In this document: positions 9,636 to 19,640 of the stretch, piece after piece | Layout of the letters: every line of letters begins with the position of its first letter | Position numbering within the stretch: position 1 is the first letter of the stretch | Origin: a bacterium | GTDB taxonomy: Bacteria > Desulfobacterota > Binatia > HRBIN30 > CADEER01 | Direction of reading: 5' to 3' | NCBI GenBank assembly: GCA_019637795.1 | Contig: JAHBUY010000003.1 | Coordinates: 7,409-71,408, forward strand | DNA: 64,000 nt | The notes under the pieces: generated by a model | The model's database searches: none | Told to the model about the DNA's origin: nothing | What the model saw: the letters and a program-made list of their open reading frames with translations, nothing else | Made by a program: the position numbers and the translations under genes

Positions 9636-10460
9636 ATGGACACGAGGGAGGATACGATGCGATTCGGAGCGGACGTCACGGCGGTGGTCACCGGCGCCGG
9701 CGGCGGCATCGGGCGCGGGTTGGCGCTGGAGATGGCGCGCCGCGGCTGCGCGGTGGCGCTGGTCGACATCGACGGCGAGGGGCTGGCCGAGACGCAGCGC
9801 CTGATCGCCACCCGCAGCAGCGCGCACCGCGTCGACGTCGCCGACCGCGACGCCATGGCCGCCCTGCCCGAGGCGGTGCGCGCCGCCCACGGCGGCGCCC
9901 AGGTGCTGCTCAACAACGCCGGGGTCTCGGTCGCGGCGCCGGTCGCCGAGTTGCCGCTCGCCGATCTCGAGTGGCTGATGGGGGTCAACTTCTGGGGCAC
10001 CGTCCACGCCTGCAAGTTCTTCCTGCCGCTGCTGCTGGCGGCGCCGGCGGCCCGCATCGGCACCGTGCTGTCCGACTTCGCCCTGTTCAGCCTGCCGACC
10101 AAGTCGGCGTACTGCGCCTCGAAATTCGCGCTGCGCGGCTTCAGCGAGTCGCTGCGCGCCGAGCTGGTCGGCACCGGCGTGCGCCTCACCTGCGCCTATC
10201 CGGGTCCGGTGGCCACCGGTCTGGTGGCGCGCGGCCGCGCCTGGGATGCCGCCAAGCAGGCGATGGAAGCGCAGTTCGTCGCCGCCCGCGCCCTGCCGGT
10301 CGCCACCGTCGCCCGCCGCATCTGCGACGCCGTCGAACGCGGCCGGCCGCGCGTCCTCATCGGCCGCGAGACGCACGCCATCGATCTGGCGATGCGCCTC
10401 ATGCCCGCCGCCACCGGCACGCTCATCGGCCGTTTCAAGGGACGGATCCCCTTCCTCTGA
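9636..10460 (+). CDS. SDR family short-chain dehydrogenase/reductase (alternative start 9657)
   Basis: TGAGGGIGRGLALEMARRG is the Rossmann motif. NNAG and the catalytic triad YCASK are present. Confidence 0.9.
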   Translation: MDTREDTMRFGADVTAVVTGAGGGIGRGLALEMARRGCAVALVDIDGEGLAETQRLIATRSSAHRVDVADRDAMAALPEAVRAAHGGAQVLLNNAGVSVAAPVAELPLADLEWLMGVNFWGTVHACKFFLPLLLAAPAARIGTVLSDFALFSLPTKSAYCASKFALRGFSESLRAELVGTGVRLTCAYPGPVATGLVARGRAWDAAKQAMEAQFVAARALPVATVARRICDAVERGRPRVLIGRETHAIDLAMRLMPAATGTLIGRFKGRIPFL

Positions 10461-10490
10461 TGCGCCGCCCCGCAGGCCGCCCGCGCCGCG

Positions 10491-11064
10491 TCACGCCGCC
10501 GCCCGCCGCCACGAGCGATACTGGCCGACCCCCTCGCGGCCGCGCTGCCGCGCCGCGACGGCCAGCAGCAGCGGCATGGCGATCGCCCACACGACGCCGA
10601 GCGACAGCAGGCTGCGCCACATGGCGGGGTGGAAGGCGACGACGCCGAGGCGCTGCCCGGCGAGGAAGGCCAGCGGGCCGCCGCAGGCGCCGAACAGCGC
10701 CGCGGTCCACGGCCGACCCTGCAACCACTGCAGCGAGTAGTGGAAGGTGGCGGCGAACTGCGCCCACAGCACGATCAGCCACACCGGCGGCAGGACGCCG
10801 AACAGCGTGCCGGTGGGAAAGCGGAGCAGGCCGGCGGCGATCTGCAGCGTGTCGGCGACCAGTCCGATGACCGCGGCGGTCGCCATCAGCGCCAGCTCGT
10901 CGCGCCGCCGCCGCACCAGGGCGAGATGGCAGGCGACGAACGCCAGCGCGATCGCCGTCCCGGTCCACGGGTACCCCCAGGCCGGGCCGAGCACGCAGGC
11001 GAACCAGCCGGCGTAGTAGAGCGCGAAGTTGAGGCCGCGGCCGAAGCGCACGCCGGGCCTCACG
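10491..11064 (-). CDS. DUF2878-like small membrane protein (last gene of the EPS operon)
   Basis: The hydrophobic ORF tail (LNFALYYAGWFACVLGPAWGYPW ...) suggests a membrane protein. Its GTG start overlaps the upstream gene's TGA (GTGA). Confidence 0.5.
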
Positions 11065-11557
11065 AGTCCGGCGGCGCCAGCCGCCCCTTCACCAGGCCGG
11101 TGAGCCAGCGCAGCACCGGCACCTGGTCGTAGACGACGCCGAGGTCGAAGTAGTCGCGCTCGTCGTAGACGCGGTCGCGGATGCGCAGATGGCTGACGCC
11201 GTCGACCGCCGGCCCGCCGCCGGCCGGCACCATGGTCCAGAAGACGACGGCGTTGCCGGGCTGGATCACCGTGTCGGTGATGACGAAGCGGGCGCCGCCG
11301 GCGGTCTCGCCGAAGTGCGCCAGGTAGCGCCGCAGCGGCGCGATCCCGACGACGCTGGTGAGCGGATCGCGGAAGGCGACATCGGCGCTGTACAGCGCCT
11401 CCAGCTCCTCGCCCATCTCCGGCCCGACCCGCGCGAAGCGGGCCGCGAAGCGGTCGACGATCAGCCGCGTCTGCTCGAGGCTGCCCGGCGGATGCTCGAC
11501 CTCGGCCGACGCGGCCGCGGCGGCCAGCAGCAACGCGAGCACGGCTCTGCCCTTCAT
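11060..11557 (-). CDS. secreted NTF2-like (SnoaL-like) family protein
   Basis: It has a signal peptide, MKGRAVLALLLAAAAASA. The size and pattern are consistent with an NTF2-like fold. Confidence 0.45.
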   Translation of the reverse strand: MKGRAVLALLLAAAAASAEVEHPPGSLEQTRLIVDRFAARFARVGPEMGEELEALYSADVAFRDPLTSVVGIAPLRRYLAHFGETAGGARFVITDTVIQPGNAVVFWTMVPAGGGPAVDGVSHLRIRDRVYDERDYFDLGVVYDQVPVLRWLTGLVKGRLAPPDS

Positions 11558-11668
11558 GCTCCACAGTCATCCATGGACGGCGGAGCTTGAACAGGGGCCG
11601 AGCCCTGGCGGCGACGGATTTTCCGGCGCCCCCCGCCGGCGCGGGGCGCGACGCCGGCGCCGGGCGGG

Positions 11669-12847
11669 TCAGTCGCGGCGCGGGTGCGCGGCCAGGGGCC
11701 GGCGCGGCGTCCCGCCGCCGCCGCGACTGGCCGGCCCGTTGTTGGTCACCCACCGCAGGTGGTCGCGGAGGGTCGCCAGGTCCTGCCAGCTCGCCGGCCC
11801 GCCGCCGCGGGCGTCCCACTGGATGTCGGGATCGCCGAGCTCGGCGAGGACGGTGATGCCGCGGCCGCCGCGGTCGACGACGTAGGCGCCGTAGTCCTGC
11901 AGCGCCCGCGCGATCACCCGCCCGGCGCGGGAGAGCCCGAGCCGCTCGACGTCGACGTCGGGCGGGATCGCCAGCAGCGCGCCCATCGGCAGCGCGCCCG
12001 AGTAGCCGGAGTCGCGGTCGAAGGCGTAGGCCGGCCATACCGCCTGGCGCTTCAGCAACGACGGCGGAACCTGCAGGGCGAGGGCGTGCGGAATGCGGCC
12101 GGCGGCGATCTCGCCGGCGCGGATCAGGCCGGCGAACGACGGCAACATGCTGGCGCGGCGGCCGTTCCACCACCCCGTGCCGTCGCCGCGGGCGTCGATC
12201 CAGCTCGCCATCGTGCCCACCACCTCGCCGCTCGACAGCACGACGGCGGCGTAGATGTCGATCACCCAGCCGTCGGGCTGGAACACCGCCATGAGCCCGT
12301 CCGAGTCGGGCGACGGACAGGCGCCCGCCGGGAGGCGGAACGTGCCGCGCCAGTCGGCGGTCGCCGGATGGTAGCCGGACGGCCCCACCCAGCGGTGGTC
12401 GTTGGCCGCCGCGGTGGTCGAGTAGTAGTTCATCGCCGTCGGCGGCGGCGACGCCGCGGCGGCGCGCCGCAGGGCGCGCTCGGCGGCGGCGGGGTTGCCG
12501 CAGTTGGGGTGGCCGCGGTCGAGGAAACTCCACGACGACGTCGGGCCCCAGTTGGGGCTGAACAGCATCGCCACCGTCGGATCCTCCGCGCTCGCGATGA
12601 CGACCGACGCCGTCCACCGGCCTTCGTAGTTGAAGCCGATCGGCACCGCCGACAGGCCGGGCACCGGCGCGTACGCGGCGGCGCTGCCGAGCGGATGGTT
12701 CCACGGCGAGCGGCGGCTGAACGGCTGCTGGCGCCAGTCGCGGCCCGGCGCCGTGGCGGGCTGGGTGGCCGCGGACTGCGCCGCCGCCGCGCCCGCGGCG
12801 AGGAGGACGAGCAGCGCCAGCGGCGGGCAGGCGCGCCGGCGGCTCAT
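11669..12847 (-). CDS. secreted hypothetical protein (392 aa)
   Basis: The true start is at M154 of the long ORF (ATG checked at 12847). The signal peptide is MSRRRACPPLALLVLLAAGAAAAQSA. The ATGA overlaps the upstream GT2 stop. Confidence 0.55.
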   Translation of the reverse strand: MSRRRACPPLALLVLLAAGAAAAQSAATQPATAPGRDWRQQPFSRRSPWNHPLGSAAAYAPVPGLSAVPIGFNYEGRWTASVVIASAEDPTVAMLFSPNWGPTSSWSFLDRGHPNCGNPAAAERALRRAAAASPPPTAMNYYSTTAAANDHRWVGPSGYHPATADWRGTFRLPAGACPSPDSDGLMAVFQPDGWVIDIYAAVVLSSGEVVGTMASWIDARGDGTGWWNGRRASMLPSFAGLIRAGEIAAGRIPHALALQVPPSLLKRQAVWPAYAFDRDSGYSGALPMGALLAIPPDVDVERLGLSRAGRVIARALQDYGAYVVDRGGRGITVLAELGDPDIQWDARGGGPASWQDLATLRDHLRWVTNNGPASRGGGGTPRRPLAAHPRRD

Positions 12848-13932
12848 GCGCGGCGCGGCGTCCCGACCAGCCGGCCGTAGGCGCCGCGCAGGGCGACGCG
12901 TCCGAGGCGATAGGGCAGCGTCCGCGCCGGCGGCGGCAGGACCAGCGCCAGCGCGTGCAGGCCGGCCATCGCCAGCCCGCGCGCGTCGCCCAACACGCTC
13001 CCCGGCGAAGCGCGCAGCGCCGCCGCCAGGATGCGGCGCGACAGCGCCACGTCGCCGCTGGAGAACGCCTTGCGGCTGAGCACCCGCAGGTGCAGCGCCC
13101 AGGTGCGCGCCGCCTCGCGGTCGCCGTAGCCGGGCACGTAGCTGCGGTAGCGCTCGAGGTAGGCGCGGCTGCCGGCGATGTAGCTGTCGAAGGTGTGCAT
13201 CTGGCTGCCGGCGCGCACCCGATAGCCGGTCAACGGCTCGGGCACCAGGCGGAAGGCGTGCGGCGCGCGCACCGAGAGGCGGGTCCACATTTCGGCGTCC
13301 TCGCAACTCGCCAGCGACTCGTCGAACAGGCCGGCGGCGGCGAAGCAGGCGCGGCGCACGATCGCGGTGCTGCCGTTGCCGATGTGGTTGCGGGCGATCA
13401 GGTCGCGCGTCGTCGGCCGCCGGCAGCGGCTGACCAGGAGCTGGCCGGTGGGCGTTCCGCTCTCGTCGAGATACGCGGAATGGGAGAACGTCAGGCCGAC
13501 CCCGGGGTCGGCGTCCATCACCGCCACCTGCTTCGCCGCCTTCTCCGGGAACCAGACGTCGTCGCCGTCGCAGAAGCCGATCAGCGGCGCCCGCGCCTGC
13601 GCGATGCCGGCGTTGCGGGCCGCGGCGAGGCCACGGTTCGCCTGCGTCACCACCGTCAGGCGCGGGTCGGCGACCGCCAACAGGTGCGCCAGGGTGTCGT
13701 CGGTCGAGCCGTCGTCGACCGCGATCACCTCCAACGCCGTGAGCGTCTGGCCCAGCAGCGACGCCACCGCCGCGGCGGCGAGCCGGCCGACGTTGTAGCA
13801 GGGCACCACCACCGAGAGGCGCAGCGCCGCGCCGGCGATGGCGGCGGCGCGCACCACGCCGGGATGGTGGAGCGGCCGCGGCGGCAACGGCGGCACCCGC
13901 GGCGGCGGCGCGGCGCCGGCGGCGGCGCTCAT
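12844..13932 (-). CDS. family 2 glycosyltransferase
   Basis: LSVVVPCYNVGRL ... VIAVDDGSTDDT ... FCDGDDVW ... are GT2 DxD-type motifs. The start was checked at 13932. Confidence 0.9.
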   Translation of the reverse strand: MSAAAGAAPPPRVPPLPPRPLHHPGVVRAAAIAGAALRLSVVVPCYNVGRLAAAAVASLLGQTLTALEVIAVDDGSTDDTLAHLLAVADPRLTVVTQANRGLAAARNAGIAQARAPLIGFCDGDDVWFPEKAAKQVAVMDADPGVGLTFSHSAYLDESGTPTGQLLVSRCRRPTTRDLIARNHIGNGSTAIVRRACFAAAGLFDESLASCEDAEMWTRLSVRAPHAFRLVPEPLTGYRVRAGSQMHTFDSYIAGSRAYLERYRSYVPGYGDREAARTWALHLRVLSRKAFSSGDVALSRRILAAALRASPGSVLGDARGLAMAGLHALALVLPPPARTLPYRLGRVALRGAYGRLVGTPRRA

Positions 13933-15128
13933 CGTCCCCCCTCCCCGGCGGCGCCGTCGCCGAGGGCCCAGGCGGCCGCCCCCGGGGATGCGCGCCGGCG
14001 CGCCACCAGCCGCTCGTAGAGGCGCTCGGTGCGCTCGGCGATCGCCGGCCAGGAATGGGCGCGGCGGATGTGCGCCTGGGCGCGCCGCGCCACCGGCAGG
14101 TAGTGGTCGCGCCGCGCCAGCAGGCGGCGCAGGCGGTCGCGCAGCGCGGCGACGTCGCCGGCCGGGAAGAAGAGGTCGTAGCCGGCGATGCCGTCGAGCA
14201 GCTCGTGGTGCACCGGCAGGCCGGAGACGATCGACGGCACCCCCATCTCCAGCGCCTGCAGCAGCGCCATCGACATGCCCTCGAGCTCCGACGGCAGCAC
14301 GAAGGCGGCGGCGCCGCGGAAGAGCGACTCGACGTGCTGGCGCGGCTGCACGCCGGTGAAGACGACGCGCCCGTCGGCGGCCGCCTCGCGGCGCAGGCCG
14401 GCGGCGTAGGCGTCGGTGTGGCTCGAGTCGCCGACGATCGCCAGGCGCGCCGCGGTGTCGACGCCGCGGAAGGCGCGGATCAGGTCCTCGACGCGCTTCT
14501 CCGGCACCAGGCGGGCGACGAACAGCACGTAGTCGCCGGCGGTCAGCCCGAAGCGCCGCAGCAGCGCCGCGTCGAGCGGCGCCTCCGGCGTCAGGTCGGT
14601 GCCGTTCGGGATCAGCGTCGAGCCGCGCCCGTAGGTGGTCCGGTAGTACGTCTCGAGATCGCGCGACACGGTGATCAGCTCGTCGACGCTGCGCACCAGC
14701 CAGCGTTCGGCGCGGCGCAGGACGCGCGCCCCCAGGCCGCGCCACTTGGCGCGCTGCCAGTCGATGCCGTGGACCGTCGCCACGGTCGGCACGCCGGCGC
14801 GGCGGTGCAGCGGCGCCGCCAGCCCGGGGGCGAGGGCGTGCAGGTGCACGACGTCGTAGCCGCCGCGCCACAGCGCGTGGGCGCTGCTGGTGAAGACGTG
14901 CGACACCGTCCCCAGGCTGCGGCCGTTCAGCGCCGGCGTGCGCAGCAGCCGCATGCCGCGGTAGCGCTGCGGCGAGCGCGGCGCGTATTCGGGCCGGCAG
15001 TAGACGGTCACCTCGTGGCCGCGCGCCGCCAGCGCCCCGTACAGGCTCTCGGTCACCCGCTCGACGCCGCTGTAGGCGCTCGGAATGCCGCGCGGCCCGA
15101 TGACCGCGATGCGCAGTGGTCGTGACAT
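13929..15128 (-). CDS. family 4 (GT-B) glycosyltransferase
   Basis: The N-terminus is MSRPLRIAVIGPRGIP. Near the C-terminus is the GT4 E-x7-E region (FVLPSELEGMSMALLQALEMGVPSI). Confidence 0.85.
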   Translation of the reverse strand: MSRPLRIAVIGPRGIPSAYSGVERVTESLYGALAARGHEVTVYCRPEYAPRSPQRYRGMRLLRTPALNGRSLGTVSHVFTSSAHALWRGGYDVVHLHALAPGLAAPLHRRAGVPTVATVHGIDWQRAKWRGLGARVLRRAERWLVRSVDELITVSRDLETYYRTTYGRGSTLIPNGTDLTPEAPLDAALLRRFGLTAGDYVLFVARLVPEKRVEDLIRAFRGVDTAARLAIVGDSSHTDAYAAGLRREAAADGRVVFTGVQPRQHVESLFRGAAAFVLPSELEGMSMALLQALEMGVPSIVSGLPVHHELLDGIAGYDLFFPAGDVAALRDRLRRLLARRDHYLPVARRAQAHIRRAHSWPAIAERTERLYERLVARRRASPGAAAWALGDGAAGEGGR

Positions 15129-15191
15129 GACGCTCCCCTCCTCCCGACGGCGGCGCGGCGCCCCGGGCACCCCATCGCTGGCGGCGGTGCC

Positions 15192-16292
15192 TCAGGGCGG
15201 GGCGGCGCCGTCCCGCACGTAGTGGCGCCAGTGGCGCCGGTAGTACGCCGTCGTCCGCTCGACGCCGGCGCGCAGGTCGACCCGCGAGCGCCAGCCGGTG
15301 AGCTGGCGCAGGCGGCTGAGGTCGGCGACCACGTCGCCGGTCTCGATCTTCTCGTACGCCGCCGGCCACGGCACGTAGTCGATGCGGCCGCGGCCGACCA
15401 CCTCGACCACCGTCTCGACCATGTCGCGGAAGCGGGTCGGCACGCCGGAGCCGATGTTGACGACGCCGCCGATCGCCTGCGGCGAGACGGCGCAGCGCAG
15501 GAACGCCTCGGCGAGGTCGTCGATGTAGACGTAGTCGCGCCGCTGCTGGCCGTCGCCGAACACCTGGATGGTGCGGCCCTCCAGCGCCTGGCGGATGAAC
15601 CAGCCGACCATGCAGTAGCGGTTGTGGTGGATCTGCTGCCGCGGCCCGTACGGGTTGGTGATGCGCAGGGCGATCGTCGGCAGGCCGAAGTTCTGGTGGT
15701 AGATCGCCAGGTACTTCTCCGAGGCGAGCTTGTGGACGCCGTAGAGGCTGACCGGATTGGCGGGCGACTCCTCGCTGACGCAGGCCTCGGCCACCTTGCC
15801 GATCACCATGCGGCTCGACGCCAGCACGATCACCGGCGCGACCCGGAGCTGGCGGCACTCCTCGAGCAGTTGCAGGGTCAGGCCGGCGTTCAGCATGAGG
15901 TCCTCGAACGGCATGCTGAGGCTGTCGATGTACGCCACCTGCGCCGCCAGGTGGAACACGAAGTCGGCCGCGGCGAGATGCGGCCGCACCGCGCCGAGAT
16001 CGCGCAGGTCGTGGACCAGCGTGGTCAACCGCTCGCCGTCGACGTCGTGGACGTTGAACCAGTTGCCGCCGTAGCGCGGATCGAGCGAGTCGATCACCGT
16101 CACCTCGGCGCCGTAGCCGCACAGGCGGTGCGCCAGCGTGCTGCCGAGGAAACCGAGGCCGCCGGTGATGAGCACGCGCCGGTCGCGGTAGCGCGCCGCG
16201 AGGTCGGGCTCCGGCGGCGGCGGCGCGACGGCGAGGGCGGGCGCGCCGTTGACGTACGGCACGGCATCGGGCTGCGGGTGGGGAGTGATCAT
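15192..16292 (-). CDS. NAD-dependent epimerase/dehydratase (UDP-sugar 4-epimerase-like)
   Basis: VLITGGLGFLGSTLAHRL is the Rossmann motif and YGVHKLASE is the catalytic YxxxK. Confidence 0.9.
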   Translation of the reverse strand: MITPHPQPDAVPYVNGAPALAVAPPPPEPDLAARYRDRRVLITGGLGFLGSTLAHRLCGYGAEVTVIDSLDPRYGGNWFNVHDVDGERLTTLVHDLRDLGAVRPHLAAADFVFHLAAQVAYIDSLSMPFEDLMLNAGLTLQLLEECRQLRVAPVIVLASSRMVIGKVAEACVSEESPANPVSLYGVHKLASEKYLAIYHQNFGLPTIALRITNPYGPRQQIHHNRYCMVGWFIRQALEGRTIQVFGDGQQRRDYVYIDDLAEAFLRCAVSPQAIGGVVNIGSGVPTRFRDMVETVVEVVGRGRIDYVPWPAAYEKIETGDVVADLSRLRQLTGWRSRVDLRAGVERTTAYYRRHWRHYVRDGAAPP

Positions 16293-17563
16293 CGGGGCAC
16301 CTCCGCGGCAACGGCAATGGATCGGCGATAGGCCCACGCGTAGGCGAGCCCGGAGAGGACGGAGCAGCCGGCGAGCGCGACCACCGCGCCCCAGACGCCG
16401 GCGAGACACGTCCCGGCGGTGATGAGGAGCAGGAAGACCAGCAGCTTGGCGCCGCCCAGCCAGGTGACCGCGTCGACCCGCCCGACGGCGCGCAGCGCCT
16501 GCCCGAACAGGTAGCTCTCGTACCGCCACGGCAGCGCGGCGGCGAGCACGGCCATCAGCGGCGCCACCGCCGGCACGTGGAAGAAGCCGTAGGCGAGCAC
16601 CGTCGCGCCGACCAGCAGCGCCGCGGCGACGCCCAGCGCCATGCGCCGCACCTGTCCGTGCACGCGGCCCACCAGCGCCGGCCCGCGCTCGACCATCTCG
16701 GGGTACTTCGACTGCACGAAGGTCCAGCACGCCGAGTCGGCGGCCATCAGCAGTTGCTGGCAGAGACGGAAGACGCCGAGCTCGCCGCGCGCGACGACGG
16801 CGCCGAGCACCAGCGGCGCCGCCTGCTCGCCGAGCAGGCCGAGCAGGTCCGGGGCGAGCCAGCGCGCGCCGTCGCGGGCGATGGCGCCGACGCGGCGCAG
16901 CGGCAGGCGCTCGAGGCGGAAGCCGCCCCAGATCAGCAGCACCGAGCCGACGCGGGCCGCGAGCAGGGTCAGCGCCAGCGCCGGCGCGCTGGCGCACCAC
17001 AGCCAGCCGACGAGCAGGCCGGCGGTCTCGCACAGCGGCGCGATCAGACCCGGGTGGAAGCGCCGGATCATGATCGACAGCATCATGCCGAGGTTCTGCA
17101 GGCCGATGAAGAAGCCGCTCAGGGCGACGACGAAGATCACCAGCCATTCGCCGCGGTCGTGCGCCTGCGCGGTCGCGTAGAGCGCCAGCAGCGGCACCAC
17201 CAGCGGCAGTTGCACGAGGAACAGCAGCAGCGCCGCGAAGCACGACTGGCCGTGCGACTGTCGCTGCCGCGGCAGGTAGGCGCCGAGGCCGAGCGCGCAT
17301 ACCGTCGCCAGGATGTTCACCGCCGCGATGCCGAGCGCGAAGGCGCCGACGGTGGCGAGGCCGAAGCGCTGCACGAGCACGATCGACAGCAGCAGCCCGT
17401 TCACCAACTGCACGCCGCGCCCGACGAGCAGCAGCAGCGAGCCCCGCTGCTCGGCGGGAATGTCGATCGCCCACGAGCGCGGCGCGCGGCGCGGGCGCCC
17501 CGCCCGCAGCGCGGCGGCCGGCATGACGAGCACGTCGGGATCGTCCGGCGGCAGCTCTCGCAT
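16289..17563 (-). CDS. wzx: polysaccharide flippase (Wzx/MOP family)
   Basis: The 424-aa ORF is polytopic and hydrophobic. Its position and pattern match oligosaccharide flippases. Confidence 0.7.
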   Translation of the reverse strand: MRELPPDDPDVLVMPAAALRAGRPRRAPRSWAIDIPAEQRGSLLLLVGRGVQLVNGLLLSIVLVQRFGLATVGAFALGIAAVNILATVCALGLGAYLPRQRQSHGQSCFAALLLFLVQLPLVVPLLALYATAQAHDRGEWLVIFVVALSGFFIGLQNLGMMLSIMIRRFHPGLIAPLCETAGLLVGWLWCASAPALALTLLAARVGSVLLIWGGFRLERLPLRRVGAIARDGARWLAPDLLGLLGEQAAPLVLGAVVARGELGVFRLCQQLLMAADSACWTFVQSKYPEMVERGPALVGRVHGQVRRMALGVAAALLVGATVLAYGFFHVPAVAPLMAVLAAALPWRYESYLFGQALRAVGRVDAVTWLGGAKLLVFLLLITAGTCLAGVWGAVVALAGCSVLSGLAYAWAYRRSIAVAAEVPR

Positions 17564-17570
17564 CGCGCGC

Positions 17571-18527
17571 TCAGCCCCCCGCGCCGCGGGCGGGACGCCG
17601 CCGCTCCCAGTACCCGTAACCGGCGAGCAGCGGCAGGGTCAGCGCCGCCACCAGGCGCCGGTCGCGGGGCGCCATCTGCGACCGCCACGCCTCGTCGGGG
17701 CGGATCGCGACCTCGCCGACGAGGAAGCGGGTCGGGTTGCCCGACGCCGTGTGGTTCGGACGCAGCGTCGCCGTCGCGCCGCGCAGGAACGGCAGCGCCG
17801 GCGGCTCGCCGATCGCCGTCAGGATGCGGCGCAGCACCGCCGCCGGGTCGCGGGCGAAGTCCTCGTAGGCGACGCGCACGGCGCGCGCCGCCGTCCAGCG
17901 GAAGACGTGGCAGAGGCCGTTGAAGACCGCCCACCACGCCGCGCTCTGCGCCGCCGAGTAGCGGTGCATGTAGGCGCGCTTCCAGTGGACGTCGGGAATC
18001 TCCTTGCGCTTCATCCAGGAGAAGGCGACGGCGCGGCTGTCGCGCACCAGGTGCACCACCGACAGGCGCACCCCCGGCAGGGTGGCGAGCAGGAAGGCGT
18101 AGGAGGGCTCCTTCGACGAGTCGATCAGCCAGCGGCAGCCCGACACCTGGCGGATGGCGCGGTAGAGCGGCAGCAGCGCGGCGGCGAAGCGGGCGTGGTC
18201 GCGCCGATAGGCGGCGCTCGGCCGCAGCGTCAGGTAGGGGATGTAGCGGGTGCGGTTGACGCGCCGCGACAGCGCCACCAGGTCGCCGCCGTCGACGCGG
18301 TCGATGCCGCCGAACGCGACCGCCATCACCTCGCGCCAGAAGGCGCAGTCGCGGAACGGCACGCCGCAGCCGCAGAGCTGGTTCTGCACCACGCCGCGCT
18401 CCCAGACGTGGCGCAGCTCGCCGGCGGCGCAGAAGCCGTCGAGCTGGCCGAGGCAGCGCTCGACCAGCGTGCTGCCGCTGCGGCCGAAGCCGCCGATGTA
18501 GAGGATGTCGAGGGGGGCGTCCGACAC
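17571..18527 (-). CDS. sulfotransferase family protein
   Basis: The N-terminal PAPS-binding 5'-PSB motif is ILYIGGFGRSGSTLVERCLGQ. The length is 318 aa. Confidence 0.75.
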   Translation of the reverse strand: MSDAPLDILYIGGFGRSGSTLVERCLGQLDGFCAAGELRHVWERGVVQNQLCGCGVPFRDCAFWREVMAVAFGGIDRVDGGDLVALSRRVNRTRYIPYLTLRPSAAYRRDHARFAAALLPLYRAIRQVSGCRWLIDSSKEPSYAFLLATLPGVRLSVVHLVRDSRAVAFSWMKRKEIPDVHWKRAYMHRYSAAQSAAWWAVFNGLCHVFRWTAARAVRVAYEDFARDPAAVLRRILTAIGEPPALPFLRGATATLRPNHTASGNPTRFLVGEVAIRPDEAWRSQMAPRDRRLVAALTLPLLAGYGYWERRRPARGAGG

Positions 18528-18566
18528 GGGAGCCTCCGGGGTGCGCGGGATGCGGTGGGGTCGCCT

Positions 18567-19640
18567 TCAGGGCTCGGCCGCGGGTCGCGGACGGGTCGCC
18601 AGGACGGCGTGGAAGCCGGCGCGCATGGCGCCGCGGACGGCGCGGTAGAAGCGCTGCTGTCCGGCCGGCGGCAGCGGCCAGGCGCCGAGGTGCAGGGCGA
18701 GCATGCCGAGCGCCCGCCAATCGCGCAGCGGCAGGGTCGGCGCCTGGCGCAGGGCGGCGGCGAAGAGCTGCCGCGAGCGCGCCACCTGGCCGTTGGAGAA
18801 CGCCTTGCGGCTGGCGATGCGCAGGCCCTCGGCGTGGCTGCGCGCCGCGTCGCGGGCGGTGAAGCCGGGCACGTAGGCGCGGAAGCGCTCGAGGGCGCGG
18901 ACGTAGCCGCGGACGAAGTCGTCGTAGGTGGTCGACATGCTGCCGGCGCGCACCCGGTAGCCGGTGAGCACCGCCGGCAGCAGGCGGACCTCGTAGCCGC
19001 TGCACGCCGCGGCGCGCACCCACATCTCGAAGTCCTCGCAGCTCCCCAGCGACTCGTCGAACAGGCCGGCGCGGGCGAACACCTCGCGCCGCGCCACCAC
19101 CGTGCTGCCGTTGCCGACGTGGTTGCGGCGGATCAGGTCGCGCGCCGACGGCGCCCGGCAGCGCGACAGCAGGTACTGGCCGGTGCGGGCGCCGCGCTCG
19201 TCGAGGTAGGCGGAGTGCGAGAAGGTGAGGCCGACGCGCGGCGCGGCGGCGAGCAGCGCCAGGTGCCGCTCCGCCTTGCGGGCGAACCAGAGATCGTCGG
19301 CGTCGCAGAAGCCGATCAGCGGCGCGCGCGCCAGCAGCAGGCCGCTGTTGCGGGCGCCGGCGAGACCGCGGTTCGCCTGCACGGCGACGGTGAGGCGCGG
19401 GTCGGCGATGCCGGCCAGCACCGCGAGGCTGTCGTCGCGCGAGCCGTCGTCGACCACCACCACCTCGAGATCCGGCATGGTCTGCGCGAACAGCGACGCC
19501 AGGGTGTCGCGGACGTAGGGCGCGGTGTCGTAGCTGGGCACGATCACGGAGAGGCGCAGGCGCCGCGCCGGCACCGCCGCCCGGCGGAGGACGGTGAGCT
19601 GGCGCGGCAACGGGCCGGGGTCGCGGAGGGCGGCGGTCAC
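18567..19640 (-). CDS. family 2 glycosyltransferase, paralog of 12844..13932
   Basis: LSVIVPSYDTAPY ... VVVVDDGSRDDS ... FCDADDLW. About 60% of the aligned residues are identical to the first GT2. The GTG start at 19640 overlaps the upstream TGA. Confidence 0.85.
   Translation of the reverse strand: MTAALRDPGPLPRQLTVLRRAAVPARRLRLSVIVPSYDTAPYVRDTLASLFAQTMPDLEVVVVDDGSRDDSLAVLAGIADPRLTVAVQANRGLAGARNSGLLLARAPLIGFCDADDLWFARKAERHLALLAAAPRVGLTFSHSAYLDERGARTGQYLLSRCRAPSARDLIRRNHVGNGSTVVARREVFARAGLFDESLGSCEDFEMWVRAAACSGYEVRLLPAVLTGYRVRAGSMSTTYDDFVRGYVRALERFRAYVPGFTARDAARSHAEGLRIASRKAFSNGQVARSRQLFAAALRQAPTLPLRDWRALGMLALHLGAWPLPPAGQQRFYRAVRGAMRAGFHAVLATRPRPAAEP

Noticed and set aside
10435-13306. Giant ORFs 10491..12704 (-), 11684..12880 (+) and the first 153 codons of 11669..13306
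   Set aside because: Only the C-terminal portions carry real protein signal (membrane protein, signal-peptide protein). The upstream parts are R/G-rich read-through across neighbouring genes in other frames.
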